A DNA stretch of 64,000 nucleotides from Podarcis tiliguerta (lineage: Eukaryota), in the NCBI GenBank assembly GCA_965153285.1, contig OZ229117.1. One strand, given 5' to 3'. Shown piece after piece: positions 1-11,663 of the stretch (within the stretch, counting starts at the first letter, position 1; every line of letters starts with the position of its first letter). A program made the position numbers and the translations under genes. The notes beneath the pieces were generated by a model. The model saw only the letters and a list, made by a program, of their open reading frames with translations, was not told the origin of the DNA and searched no databases.

Positions 1-805
1 TCCAGAATTTTACTTTTCCTAAGCAAAAGCAAGTCGTGAGAATTCTTGCATTGCATTAATGGCAATCTCTTGCTGCTACGGTGTGGATAAGAAATGTAAT
101 TAATCTGTGATCCCAAGTGTGTTTTACTATATGTATATAAGGTATCGGTCATAACCACCAAGTCTAACTTCCCGGTAAACATGCCGGGCTTGTGTTCAGA
201 TGGCTCAGCTAGAACTCCAGGAATAGCTCTTGTCTTTCGTGGTCACCAATATTTTTCAGGCTTCCAGAAACATCCCTTGTCAGATCATGAGATCAATGCA
301 GAGACTATGTTTGGATACTGTGGATGTAAGCATCCTATAATATCTCAGTGAGCCAGCCCAGAGACTCCTATTTACAGCAGCAGAGAAGTCACAATGTGCA
401 TCTTCACTGTGATTTTGCAAGCCCTGCTGTGGTTTATTCCCTCTCTGAAGTGCGAACAGTTAGAAGATTCTTGCCAATCCCGCAACACCCCTCCTCTCTC
501 CAGCACAATGCACTTTGTGCACCAAGCCAAATCTGCTTCACTTTTGCTTTTGGCCTCTGTGTTGTTGCTATTTGATACCCTCCACCTACTTTCAGGAGAA
601 CCAGGCAGACTCTGCCGCTACTTCCTCCTTGCCACGTGTCTTTAGATTAAGAGGGAGCGGGATGAGAGAGATACAACAGGGCAATCTTACCCATGTGTAT
701 TCAGAAATAAATCTCATTTATTTCATGGGAGCTTACTTTCAGGTAATTGTATAGGCTTGGGGCTTAAGTGTTGGCCTCCTAACATTATTTTCCCTCTTAT
801 CCAAG

Positions 806-924
806 TTATTACAGGAGGCCCCTTAGAAAATAACTACCGGCTGAAGCAGTTTCACTTTCACTGGGGGGCCATAAATGAATGGGGCTCGGAGCACACGATT
901 GACTGTAAGGTCTTCCCAGCAGAG
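806..924 (+). CDS. CA5A: Carbonic anhydrase V, internal coding exon (equivalent to exon 3); upstream exons lie outside the window
   Basis: ccaag|...|gtaaga, 119 nt. Encodes [40 protein letters not shown], with the alpha-CA zinc ligands (QFHFHW) and the GSEH motif. Symbol assigned by adjacency to SLC7A5. Confidence 0.93.
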
Positions 925-1114
925 GTAAGAAGATACTTTCGCGAGATTCTGGAATGTTGTGCACCACTGAGTCTTACTCAGAAGTGTTCACAAAAGCATT
1001 TTGGGCCTGTGACATTTCCTCTGTGTTCTGTCAACGTGTGGAAAGATTTGGCTGGTAGCCATGCGGCCATTTCTCTTTTTATGTGTGGGGGTGGGGTTGT
1101 GGGGTTGCTCTTGG

Positions 1115-1376
1115 AGAGCCAGTGTGGTGTAGTGGTTAAGAGGGGTAGACTCGTAATCTGGTGAACCGGGTTTGCGTCTCCGCTCCTCCACTTGCAGCTG
1201 CTGGGTGACCTTGGGCCAGTCACACTTCTCTGAAGTCTCTCAGCTCCACTCACCTCACAGGGTGTTTGTTGTGGGGGAGGAAGGGAAAGGTGATTGTTAG
1301 CCGCTTTGAGACTCCTTCGGGTAGTGATAAAGCGGGATATCAAATCCAAACTTCCCTTCTTCTTCTTCTTCTTCTT
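1115..1376 (+). mobile_element. Squam3-type tRNA-derived SINE, full length
   Basis: Head GAGCCAGTGTGGTGTAGTGGTTAAG (pol III A box), L2-like 3' part, (CTT)n tail, about 260 bp. Confidence 0.8.
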
Positions 1377-1517
1377 GGGCAGCCAAGAGTAGAAGGCTCA
1401 GAACTCTACTGCAAGGTATTTGAGCACCATACCCGATTCATTACAGTTTCTGAAGAAAAAGATTGTTCTATCTCATTTCTTCCACGGTTCTAAAATACGG
1501 ATTGAATTTAATTTCAG

Positions 1518-1613
1518 CTGCATTTGGTACACTGGAATTCTTGCAAATATGAAAGTTTTGAAGAAGCTTTGATGGAAGAAAATGGTTTGGCTGTGATTGG
1601 AGTCTTCTTGAAG
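1518..1613 (+). CDS. CA5A: Carbonic anhydrase V exon 4
   Basis: tttcag|...|gtatga, 96 nt. [32 protein letters not shown]; contains the third zinc-binding His. Confidence 0.94.
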
Positions 1614-2199
1614 GTATGATGGTGGGAAGCCTGTAATCTTCCAGTGGTTCATTCTGAACTGTCACTTATAAAAGTGTGGAGACACTTCCTTACACAAAGA
1701 GCACCTTTAAGGCTGCATTCCTTTGCATATTTACCTGGGAATATGTCCAACTGAACTCTTCCTTTCAGTGGTAAGAGCTGCTCAGCCATGGAATGGGCTG
1801 TCTCGGAAGGTGGTGGACTCTCCTTCTTCTGAGATTTTTAAACAGATGACCACCTGCAAGTAACCTTTTAACTTTTTGTTTATATCACAGTAATATAAGC
1901 ATGCATCCTGTTGGTTAACTAGATCAGTTACAAAACCAGAAACCAAGGATCATACTGAGCAGGAAGAAGGAATAAATGGAGAAAAAAATGAATTATAGGG
2001 AGGAGGGAAGAGAGAACGGGGGGAAAGAGTGAGGACTTTTCAGCACCCAAACTGCATATGTGTCCTCCCTGCAGCGGTTCAATTATTGTATTGATTGAGA
2101 ACTTTCAGCATTCCCTTGCATAGTGTGATGCAGTTGGTGGGAGCAAACAAATACCATAAAATATTTCAACTGTGTCCAGCAAAGGCTAATGGCATAGTG

Positions 2200-2323
2200 C
2201 AGCCTTTGCCAATCTGTTGCCCTGTGGAACTTTTGGACTACAATTCCCATCAGTCTCAGCCAACTGGGGCTGATCAGAGTTGTAGTCCAAAACATTTTCA
2301 GGGCAACAGGTTAGAGAAGGCTG
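2200..2323. mobile_element. Palindromic hAT-type MITE. Related copies at about 6907-7012, 16460-16590, 28160-28290, 48862-49000, 61050-61165 and 62450-62575
   Basis: The two ~60-bp arms are reverse complements (CAGCCTT...AAGGCTG). Degenerate 8-bp flanks GCATAGTG / ACCTAGTG. Confidence 0.8.
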
Positions 2324-2410
2324 ACCTAGTGTCGTAGGAGCTTGCACTAAACCACTTGATCTCTAGATTGAATGAATAAAAACATACTCTTTTTCCCATT
2401 CCCTTTGCAG

Positions 2411-2473
2411 CTTGGAGCCAATCACAGTGGGCTGCAGAAGTTAGTAGATGCCTTGCCATCAATTAAACATAAG
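2411..2473 (+). CDS. CA5A: Carbonic anhydrase V exon 5
   Basis: ttgcag|...|gtaaag, 63 nt. LGANHSGLQKLVDALPSIKHK. Confidence 0.93.
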
Positions 2474-2770
2474 GTAAAGAGAATTTTAACCTTAGTTGCT
2501 ATTCAGTATCCATCTCACACAATGCACAGGAGCAATCAATAGGTTTGCCCTGAAGCCAACCTGACGATGAGCATTCCTGGATGATGCATGTGCCTGTTGT
2601 GTTTGTGCTGGTGGCCTTACGGTGCCTGTGTTATGCCACAGGTGGCCTAGAGCACTGGAACCGCACAAGGCCTTGCTCCCACTTTGAGCCAGGCATTTGT
2701 TCAGGGAGTTGAGCAGCCTGATTCCAAGCAGAGGAGCCAGGACGTGTGTGCCATTCTGCCAGTGGCTTCT

Positions 2771-2960
2771 GGAAGGGCTGTAGCTCAGTGGAAGAGTGTC
2801 TGCCTTGCATGCAGAAGGTCCCAGGTTTGATCTCTGGCAGCATCTTCAAGTCGGGCTGGGAGAGAACCCAGCCTGTAACCCTGGAGAGCTGTTGCCAGTC
2901 CATGCAGACAATATTGAGTTAAGATGAGCCAGTGGTCTGACTTCGTATGTGTTCCCTATG
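2771..2960 (+). mobile_element. tRNA-Ala-like SINE. Other copies at about 16760-16880(+), 18211-18410(-), 32730-32880(+), 42275-42400(+), 44930-45105(+), 51170-51345(-), 53230-53580(-) and 57300-57485(+)
   Basis: GGAAGGGCTGTAGCTCAGTGG A box, CTTGCAT anticodon-like loop, GGTTTGATC B box. The body recurs many times in the window. Confidence 0.75.
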
Positions 2961-3429
2961 TACATACATAAAAAGATAAGATCATCCCTGCCTACAGGCT
3001 CAAAATCTGACAGCAGTACAAAGGAGCTAAGGCCTACTATATGTGGTGGGGATGCTGTGGTGGAGGACTGTATTGAATGGTGGCTCCTCTCTCCACGCTT
3101 GGTGCCTGAGGACCCAGGATGACCAGTAATGCAAGCTGAGGATCCCATCACAAATAATCCTGACAATGAATTTATTGTTCCAGCTCACATACAAAATCAG
3201 GGAAGTCATGAAACACAATAGGGATACATTTAAATTAGCAGTTTGGTATAACAGGGACAGTACAGATATAGCAGCAGTTAAAATATATAAATTAGATCTT
3301 ACTCACTAAAATATAACCTGAAGTGTCATTTAAAACCTTAATCATGATGATATCACAGCTTGTTCCCTAAGTTTTAAGGCAATTGCACAGAATAACCCAG
3401 ACTAATCACTGATGTCTTGCATTTGCTAG

Positions 3430-3585
3430 GATGATCTCGTTGAGTTTGATGAATTTGACCCCTCCTGCTTGTTGCCATCATGCCCTGATTATTGGACTTA
3501 CGCAGGATCTCTGACCACCCCGCCGCTTTCAGAGTCCGTCACCTGGATCATCAAGAAGAAGGCGATAGAGGTTGATGATGATCAG
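3430..3585 (+). CDS. CA5A: Carbonic anhydrase V exon 6
   Basis: gctag|...|gtagag, 156 nt. [52 protein letters not shown]; contains the catalytic GSLTTPP motif. Confidence 0.95.
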
Positions 3586-3862
3586 GTAGAGCAAATGGAA
3601 ACTCGCCATCTGTAGCTGGTGTATTGCTGGGGATGGATGTGGGAAAGCAGAAGGAAGAATGAGATTCTCAGCTGGGAAAAAGCTTTCTAGGAGGAGCTTG
3701 GTGTCTTCTAAAATGTTGTGAATGCAACTCTACTTTATTTTCACCTCTGCAAGTGCCGTATAGAAAGCATATACTGCTGAATAATACCTGCAGACGTATC
3801 CAACACTGTTAGGCTGAGTTTATATGTGGAAAGGCAAATCTTTAAAACTTCGTATTGTGGAG

Positions 3863-3864
<2 letters not shown>

Positions 3865-3900
<36 letters not shown>
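3865..3900. repeat. (GT)n microsatellite. Other simple repeats: (GT)n(GA)n 5235-5286, (TA)n about 5798-5823, (GT)n 9142-9169 and 15310-15339, (CT)n about 33459-33483, (AAT)n 54420-54457
   Basis: Directly visible simple repeats. Confidence 0.95.
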
Positions 3901-3902
<2 letters not shown>

Positions 3903-5234
3903 CGCAAACTACACTAGTAGACATGAACATGTAATTTGCAATCAAGTGGGTAAAAAAAAATGTAATTTTTGTTTGGTATCTGAAAGCTTCACTCCCAATG
4001 CTAATTGCAGCTTCCGGGGAGATAATGTTCTGGGTTTTTTGGGTGACTTTGGGATCATGGTGAGGTGGGGTGGGGTGAGATTAAGCCCTCTCAGTGAAAA
4101 TTATCCAGTTCCTGTGTTAATTGTTTTGTAAACTGACGTGATTGCAAATGGCATGTTGAGCATTTCATCCAATTTGGCTCCAAGTATGAGCATTTTAAAC
4201 AACGTCTGGTGCAGAGAGAGACAGACAGATGATGAGAAACAAAATGAAATGCTTCCTGTTCCTAACAGTGGCAGCACAATAATATCACTATTGGAACAAG
4301 CAAAATCATACGGATTCTCATTTGGAAGCAATTCCTGCTTATCTCAGTGGGATTTACTTTCATGGTTGGGTCCTGGGGATTTCAAATATTTCCCTCTTTT
4401 TAAGCTCATTTCCTTCCTTCTCTAAAAGAACACTTGCTTTTGTGGCACACATTGGGCCTTTCCAGTTTCTGTGGGTCAAATTATGTTTGAATTCATTTCC
4501 TAGCAATGAGCTTCTCACTTTTCTCCTTAGATTCCTTTTCCAGGATTCACCAACTCAGCACAGTCATAATGCTTAACCGTGGTTTGCTTTCCCTTAGCCA
4601 AAGCTGAGCATTGCATCTGAGTCATGAGTAAGAATTGATCACGAACCTGACTGCGAAATTGTGGCATGTGATTAATGTTTTCTTTCATTTAAAGACTTAC
4701 ATTCCTTTTTTGACTCAGAAAAAGAGATCTGTAGTGGCCAATAGGATTCAGGTTTTAAAAAAAACAAAAGGCCAGTACAAAGCTAACTTAAAAATGTATA
4801 GCATAATCAGAACAACAACAAAGTAATAACTGCTGTTGAGCAAACCATGGTTAAGGCAGCTTCCCTGTTAACAGCAGCCTGGTCTTGCATGGCCTCTGGG
4901 TGCAGAGCTTAGCTAGTTAAGATAAACTGTGGTTGCTTTTGTTGCACATTTGAGATCTTCAGGGCCAAGGCAACAAACCATAGTTGTGACTGCACTGGGC
5001 CTCTAACTTCTGGGTGTTTGAATCCTGGAAACTGGGGCAGCTTAAAAATGTAGGCTTGATTAAGAGATGGCATGCCGCCATCCTGCAAATGTCTAGGATT
5101 CGATAATGTTCTCAAAGGCTGACAAGCTGCAAATGATAAGAGATGGATTTTGTCTCCAGGTGGCCAAGGGCAGCCCAGTCTCTTCTTAAGCAGCTCTGGG
5201 AGAGAGCAGAACCATTAACTTGGGAATTAGAGGG

Positions 5235-5288
<54 letters not shown>

Positions 5289-5340
5289 AATTTTGTTTCT
5301 TCCCTAACACTTTCTGGACTTTGCTCTTTCTCATTTCCAG

Positions 5341-5550
5341 CTTGAGGTGTTTCGGATGTTGCTCTTCACCCCTGCGGGAGAAGAAGAGCAAAGGATGGTG
5401 GACAATTTCCGCCCACTTCAGCCAATAATGGATCGTACCGTCCGTTCCTCTTTCCTAATCCAGCACCGACAGAACATTGAAACAAGATCAGATGAACAGA
5501 TACATCATGCCCAGCAGGAAACGCCCCAGGCGGGGCACGTGCGCCTTTAA
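5341..5550 (+). CDS. CA5A: Carbonic anhydrase V terminal coding exon 7, including stop
   Basis: tttccag| acceptor. [38 protein letters not shown]...GHVRL*; NFRPLQP motif; TAA at 5548-5550. Confidence 0.93.
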   Translation, partial: LEVFRMLLFTPAGEEEQRMVDNFRPLQPIMDRTVRSSFLIQHRQNIETRSDEQIHHAQQETPQAGHVRL

Positions 5551-5794
5551 GGAGAGGGGGGGGGGAAATATATACAATGTTTATTAGCACTTTATATGTT
5601 TAGAATATATCTTGATGCAAGGTCACTTACTTTAAAGGGTATTGGGTTTGTTTTGGGGTCCTTTCCTCTTCTAATGAGCTGCTTTTTCTGTAGCACAATA
5701 ACCTGCTTTAACGTAAACGCCTCCCACAAATAGCCATTCAGCGTATGCATCAAGTAGAATTCCAAGCTTTGTCATCAAGACTTCTCTATTGCAA

Positions 5795-5825
<31 letters not shown>

Positions 5826-8782
5826 GCAGATTCTCAGTTTCATAAGCTGTATGGTGGCAAAAGATGTCCCCAAGAGGACACATTAAAGGAAAGATATAAC
5901 TAAAGCATAGCTCTAGGAAATGGAGAGTTTGCACGAGTAAATGACTTTTTAATGAATGGATTTGTGCTTATATTGGTACACCCGGTCCAATTCCGTCTAC
6001 CTCTGAGCTTTTAACTTTATAACAGTTATCTTATTTTTCACTGTATCTTTTGTGCCTACCAGAGGTGTTTGTTTTAGTTCTCTTGGATCCAGGCAATGAG
6101 CCTTTTCCACAAACCAGTGGGTTTAAATGGATTCTGGATGAAATCCTAAGTGTGCTTCCTTAGAAACGAGCTCAATTAAGATCAGCGGGACCAACTTCCA
6201 AGGAAATGGGCATAGGACTGGGCTTTGTGTGTACGTACACATCAGTATATATTTACTGACATAGTTGGGACTCTCACGTGTAGACTTCGTCATGAGCACA
6301 CTTATAAATATATACCCCCCCCTCTGTAGGCTGATCTCAAGTCTCAATTGTATTTTTAAACAAAAGCCTGCAAAGCATTTGTATGAGCAGAAACAAGCCT
6401 CATCCGGGATCCATCTTCTGCTAAAGCTATCTTGAGATTTATCATGTGCCAGAATTAATCAATTGCTTTTAGCATTGCAGCCCTTTTCAGTTCCCACCCC
6501 CCAAATATCACGTAATAGTACTGAGGAGTGTTCTGTTACAGTTTCATTATGTACATGTCAAAAGTAGAAATAAATTGTTCTAGCAGTTTTGAAAAACAAG
6601 CTTCATTAGCCATGTTACTTAAATTATAGGGTGAACTGAAATCCACTTTTTGCAAGCATAAGTTTTTGTTTACATGTGTACATTTACATTTCACTCCATA
6701 CAAAAGTGGGATTAATTTTACGTTCCCCACTTGCCCACAGGGAGTGTCCTCAGTACACGGCTTGTTTTCTGCAAGGGTGTCCTCTCCTTTTCAACCATAG
6801 GCTGGTGGGTCTTGTGTGCCAAATATAACTTGAGTATAGCAAAAGTTAGAATATGGCATCAGTCGTATGGATATATTTGGACCAATCTATTCTCAGAAAC
6901 TAAATAGGGCAGGTGTGGAAAATCTCCCATCATCCCTGGCCATTGCTCAAGCTTGCTGGAGATGATGGGAGTTGTACTTCAGCAACATCTGGAGGGTCCC
7001 CACACTTGGCCTGAGGATAGGAGCTCAGTTTGACATGCACAATGGTTTTAATCCTTGCAGAAGGTGGCAACTTTAGGTTATGGCCAATGTTAGTTCTACC
7101 CAGAGAAGACCCATTCAAATGAATGGACATGACTAACTTGGGCCCATTAATTTCAGTGGGTCTACCTAGTTGTATCAACCCTTTAATTCCACTTAGGCTG
7201 GTTAGAACAGGGGCACAACAGTTGTTTACACAACTTTTAGGAAACGGGATTGGCTTCTGTACTTCAGGGTTGTCTTTTTGACTTATCTTTTTGACAAATG
7301 GTTTATCTTCCTGACTGTTCTTATGCCTGTGTATTTATAAAATCTGCTATCATATATACCCCTTGTTCTGAATATGCTAAATGAAATTGCTTTCAGATTA
7401 GTAATAGTGTGATGCGGTGATTCTGATTTAATTAATGTGTCTCCATGTGGTTTGGATACCAGGCAGAAACAATTTATATAGGCTGTTAACACCCGTTTTC
7501 TAAAACAAAAAACCCTAAGACACTTAAGTTGGTGAATTGGTTAAACACAATGCGTATTTACAAACCTCTCCTCCTGTTGCCAGAAGTTATTTCAGTTTTA
7601 TCCTCCTTTTAGGGAGGAAAAATGAACTGTTTCATTGTATGGAGAGCGCCTGTGACTAGATAAAAAATCTACTGAATTGCATTGTACTTGGAACGGAAGA
7701 ACAATAACACACTGTGTTGAGAGCAGTACTTGCTGAAGAATAACGTAATGGTTCATTATGCTCCTGGACTGCATGAAACATGCACTCCAAAAGCAATCTG
7801 GGTGCTTTGAATGCCATTGTATTTGCCTGTTCGCTTGAGCAGTAACCATAAAGAATACCAAGCAAACTGCCTACTGGGCATTTTTAAAAAAAATTCTGTA
7901 AATCACTGGGGCCTCCCGGGGGAGATCTGGATGGAGGCTGGATGGTTTGCCTGGCCTCCTCCCTCCATCTTCCCAGTGGAGTGGCTAGGCTGCGTGCAGA
8001 AGCAGTGCATGAACGTGCTGGCACAATACAGTGTTGTGGGACCCCAGAGCCAAGCAGGGCTTTTCATGAATGCTAGGCCAGAGGTTTCTGAAATGGCTCA
8101 GAAGCATTTGAACCTCTCAAGATAAGAGAAGCAGAGAGCACTGATTTGCAATCTATTCTGGGGGCATGTACAAGCCCATGTAAAGAAATCGTGATACGTC
8201 TGCAAATAAAAAGAAAAAAAAGTGCTTTGGCATCTCAGAATGGAAGAACTGGTTGCATATAAAATGGCTCTGAAATATGTGATAGGTAAAGGGGTTTGTC
8301 TGCTTTAAGCTGATAAATGTCTGTACCATTTGCTTTTAATGGGGGAACCACGTTATATGCATTGCAAGGAATCAAACTCACTTTGTAACTAGGCCTCAGC
8401 AATATTAATAATTTGACCCCGTTCTTCCACTCCCTCCTATTTTGACCCCTATTTTTGAGAGATATTCTTACGCGAAAACATTCCCTGCCTCCTCTTTCCC
8501 TGCGTTTCAGCGTTGAGTGCAACTGTACAAAAATGCCCCTCTCCAATCTTCCGCCTGATTCCTGGCTGCGATGAATCAATGTCTGGAAAGAAACGTCTAC
8601 ACCATCCGGTATCATAATGCCTGTGAAGTAGCAAAAGGGCTCCTGGGTGCAGCATCTTGCCTCTGGGTGTGTGGGGCCCTCCAGCAAATCCTTGCCCTGT
8701 GATAAAGCTGGTGCTGTTCCAAAACAGAACATGTCTAAACTGAAGCAAGTTCTGGGACTAGTGGAGATTCTTTGTTCTATAC

Positions 8783-9034
8783 CAGGCATGTCCAACAGGT
8801 CGGTCGCAATCTACCAGTCGATCGCAGGACATTAATGGTCGATCGTGTACAATTAAAGAAGTAGGGGGAAAAGTAACTGTGCCTCCCCCCCCCCAAAAAA
8901 TGCTCAACAACAGCTTTGCCTCCCCCCCCCCCAAAAGGCTCAACAACTTTGCCTGGCAATGACAATGGGTAGATCACAGCCAGTATTTTTATACTGTTAG
9001 TAGATCGCAGTCACTTGGGAGTTGGACGTGCCTG
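8783..9034. mobile_element. Non-autonomous hAT (Charlie-like) element
   Basis: 14-bp TIRs CAGGCA(T/C)GTCCAAC; perfect 8-bp TSD TTCTATAC (8775-8782 and 9035-9042). Confidence 0.9.
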
Positions 9035-9662
9035 TTCTATACAAATCGTTTGCTGCAGGATTGTGTCATAAAGATGATATCTAAATCAATTAGCTATTGA
9101 ATGCTAGGACCAGCTCCAGATATTGGCTAGAACGTAAAACCGTGTGTGTGTGTGTGTGTGTGTGTGTGTAGCAAATAGCTTACATTTTGGAGCAAAGCAA
9201 TTATCCTGATAGTTGAAAGTCACCTGTGCATTATCTCTGGCCTTGGGGCCACTTTTGCTTCAGGTATAATTATGCCGTGTGAGCAAGGAGTCCCTTTGAT
9301 GTGACAAATGCCGCTTGTCTGAGTATTAGCACATGGAGTACTGATTCTGTAATTGAATCTTCTTCAAAGGGTCCGTGGCTGAACGCAAGGACCGGAGTGG
9401 TAATAGGGCAAGCACTCAGAGCTGTTACTCCTATGTTCTGCGTGGTAACTTCAAAGCTCTGAGTGCAAAATAATCCCTTCTCCTTTTGCAGAAGAGACAA
9501 CGAGTTTCATATATTTGAAATGGATGGAAATGGACATAATCTAATTCTACCGTGTGAATGGGTGGAAAGAGCACTGGACCCGAATTCAAATGGTTGCCGG
9601 TCACAGGCTCCTCAGAGGGTGTATACGGCACATTTCTACTCCTTCAAGCAGGATATGTTTCT

Positions 9663-10233
9663 TTCTTTTTTTTTTTTAATGATATTTTATTTTCCACATT
9701 CAAAAAACAAAAAATACAAATCAACAAACACATCAAAGAGAAGAAAAAAGAAAAAAAGACAATACATACATTATACAAAGACAAAAAGAAAAAGATAAAA
9801 AAGGTAAAAATAAAAAATTTAAAAACAAATATTGTGTCCTTGTGTTCTTCAGCATTAACTTAGGTCTGCGACTTCCCCATGCCTTCCCACTCTGTATTCT
9901 AGGTTTTATATTCTGATAGTAAACTCTTTCCCTCTGACGTTTCTTTGGTTCAGATTAAAGTTATTGTCTTAATAATCCTTACCTTTCCCTATGTCTTGCT
10001 AAATATACTTTCTTTATCATTTTCATTTTCATAATAACATTCTTTTACATTCAATCTGATATCCTCAAACGTTCATAATTTTATAATGTTTCTGTAAATA
10101 GTCTTTAAATTTCCTCCAGTCTTCCTTCACCGTCTCTTCTCCCTGGTCTCTGATTCTGCCAGTCATTTCTGCCAGTTCCATATAGTCAATGAGCTTCATT
10201 TGTCATTCTTCCAGCATGGGTAGATCTTGCGTC
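9663..10233 (-). mobile_element. 5'-truncated L1-clade LINE (ORF2 C-terminus, 3'UTR and polyA)
   Basis: Perfect 19-bp TSD TCAAGCAGGATATGTTTCT (9644-9662 and 10234-10252); polyA and AATAAA on the minus strand. 10232-10065 reads TQDLPMLEE*QMKLIDYMELAEMTGRIRDQGEETVKEDWRKFKDYLQKHYKIMNV*. Confidence 0.88.
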
Positions 10234-11370
10234 TCAAGCAGGATATGTTTCTCCATCCATAAAATGGGGGTTGCCACTGCCTTCGCAACAGAAGGAATGA
10301 AAATGGGAAGCCTTTGTGCCTACCCTGAACCATTGGGGATATGGCAGGCCATTCACCTAAATGAAGTTCATTTGAGCTGCTTCTGAAAAACTGAAAGGAG
10401 TAAGTTGAATGAAACCAAAAGCCAGGCAAACAGCTTGATCTTAGAATTGAATGGAACGTGGATGGTTGCTTACAAATCTTCGCTGAACCCAGGGAAGAAC
10501 TGAATTGGGAAAGAGAGAAAAAAGTTACTGGCCCCAACATCAATTTCAGGGCCCACCCTATTCTGGTGATTGTAATCTGTTTTAACTGTTTTTCATCTTA
10601 AATTGTGGGTAACCTGCCCTGGGACCTGCTGGGGAAGGATTGGTAATAAATAATCATCTTAATTTGATACTGGCTTCTAAGGCCATGTTGCCCTTTTGGA
10701 TCAGGCCATTCCCGCCAGCCGCCTCCTAGAGGCATCGTAAAAAAAAAAAAATAATCATTGTATGTATGAATTTATTGACTAGAGAGATCTAGAAACATCA
10801 CACAAGTACATTCAAATACGTGTAAAAAAAACAAAGGCAGTAATAATGAATAGTGCAGAAAGGCTTGATGTATCCAGAATAAGCTGTTAGCTCTGCCCTT
10901 CAGGAGGGCCTGGCACGACCCCTGCTGCAGTCTGCTCTTTGCTGTGATGTCAATCAACTAAAAAAGAAAATGTGTGCTTGATAGGAAGCAAGCAGGACAC
11001 TTGAGAGGGCTGGAGGCCTGGAGGTTGGGAGCTTCTTTCTCCCAGGAATGCGTTGGAAATGGCTGACAGCCTGTCAAAGCCTGCAGGAGGTCTCTGCTTA
11101 GCTCCAGCTTTCCCCCCATGTCAGGATGGTGGAGTGCACTTGTTTGTGTTCATGTCTTGCTTTCCTGTCTCCCACAGGCATCTGGTCAGCAACTGTGAGA
11201 ACAGGATTCTGGACTAAATGGGCCATTGGGCTGACTTAGCAGGTTCATCCTGTGTTATGAGTTGGAGTCCAAAAAACTCTAGATTCTCCATCCCTCAGGT
11301 AGTAGGCAGGAGATTCCACAATGAGCCTGTGCCTTGAGACCATGTCCATCTCTTTGAAGGGAGCAGAGTA

Positions 11371-11596
11371 CAGTGGTACCTCTGGTTACATACGCTTCAG
11401 GTTACAGACTCCGCTAACCCAGAAATAGTGCTTCAGGTTAAGAACTTTGCTTCAGGATGAGAACAGAAATCGTGCTCCAGTGGTGCAGTGGCAGCAGGAG
11501 GCCCCATTAGCTAAAGTGGTGCTTCAGGTTAAGAACAGTTTCAGGTTAAGTACGGACCTCCGGAACGAATTAAGTACTTAACCCGAGGTACCACTG
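11371..11596 (+). mobile_element. Tc1/mariner (Tigger/pogo-like) MITE
   Basis: TIR CAGTGGTACCTC...GAGGTACCACTG flanked by a TA TSD. Confidence 0.9.
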
Positions 11597-11649
11597 TACT
11601 TTAAATGTGTGGTGTGGACGTCAATATGATGATCCTTAGAGCGCTGAGT

Positions 11650-11663
11650 CCACTAGGGGGCAG
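11650..11663 (+). promoter_or_regulatory. Candidate CTCF site between the two genes
   Basis: CCACTAGGGGGCAG matches the CTCF core consensus CCASYAGRKGGCRS at every position. Confidence 0.55.

Noticed and set aside
3344-3412. ATGATGA...CTGA as an intronic C/D snoRNA
   Set aside because: No terminal stem, and the D box is only 17 nt from the acceptor, overlapping the likely branch point.
4572-4855. 17-bp inverted repeat CTTAACC(G/A)TGGTTTGCT about 250 bp apart
   Set aside because: Resembles ends of a common squamate palindromic repeat; no TSD or other support.
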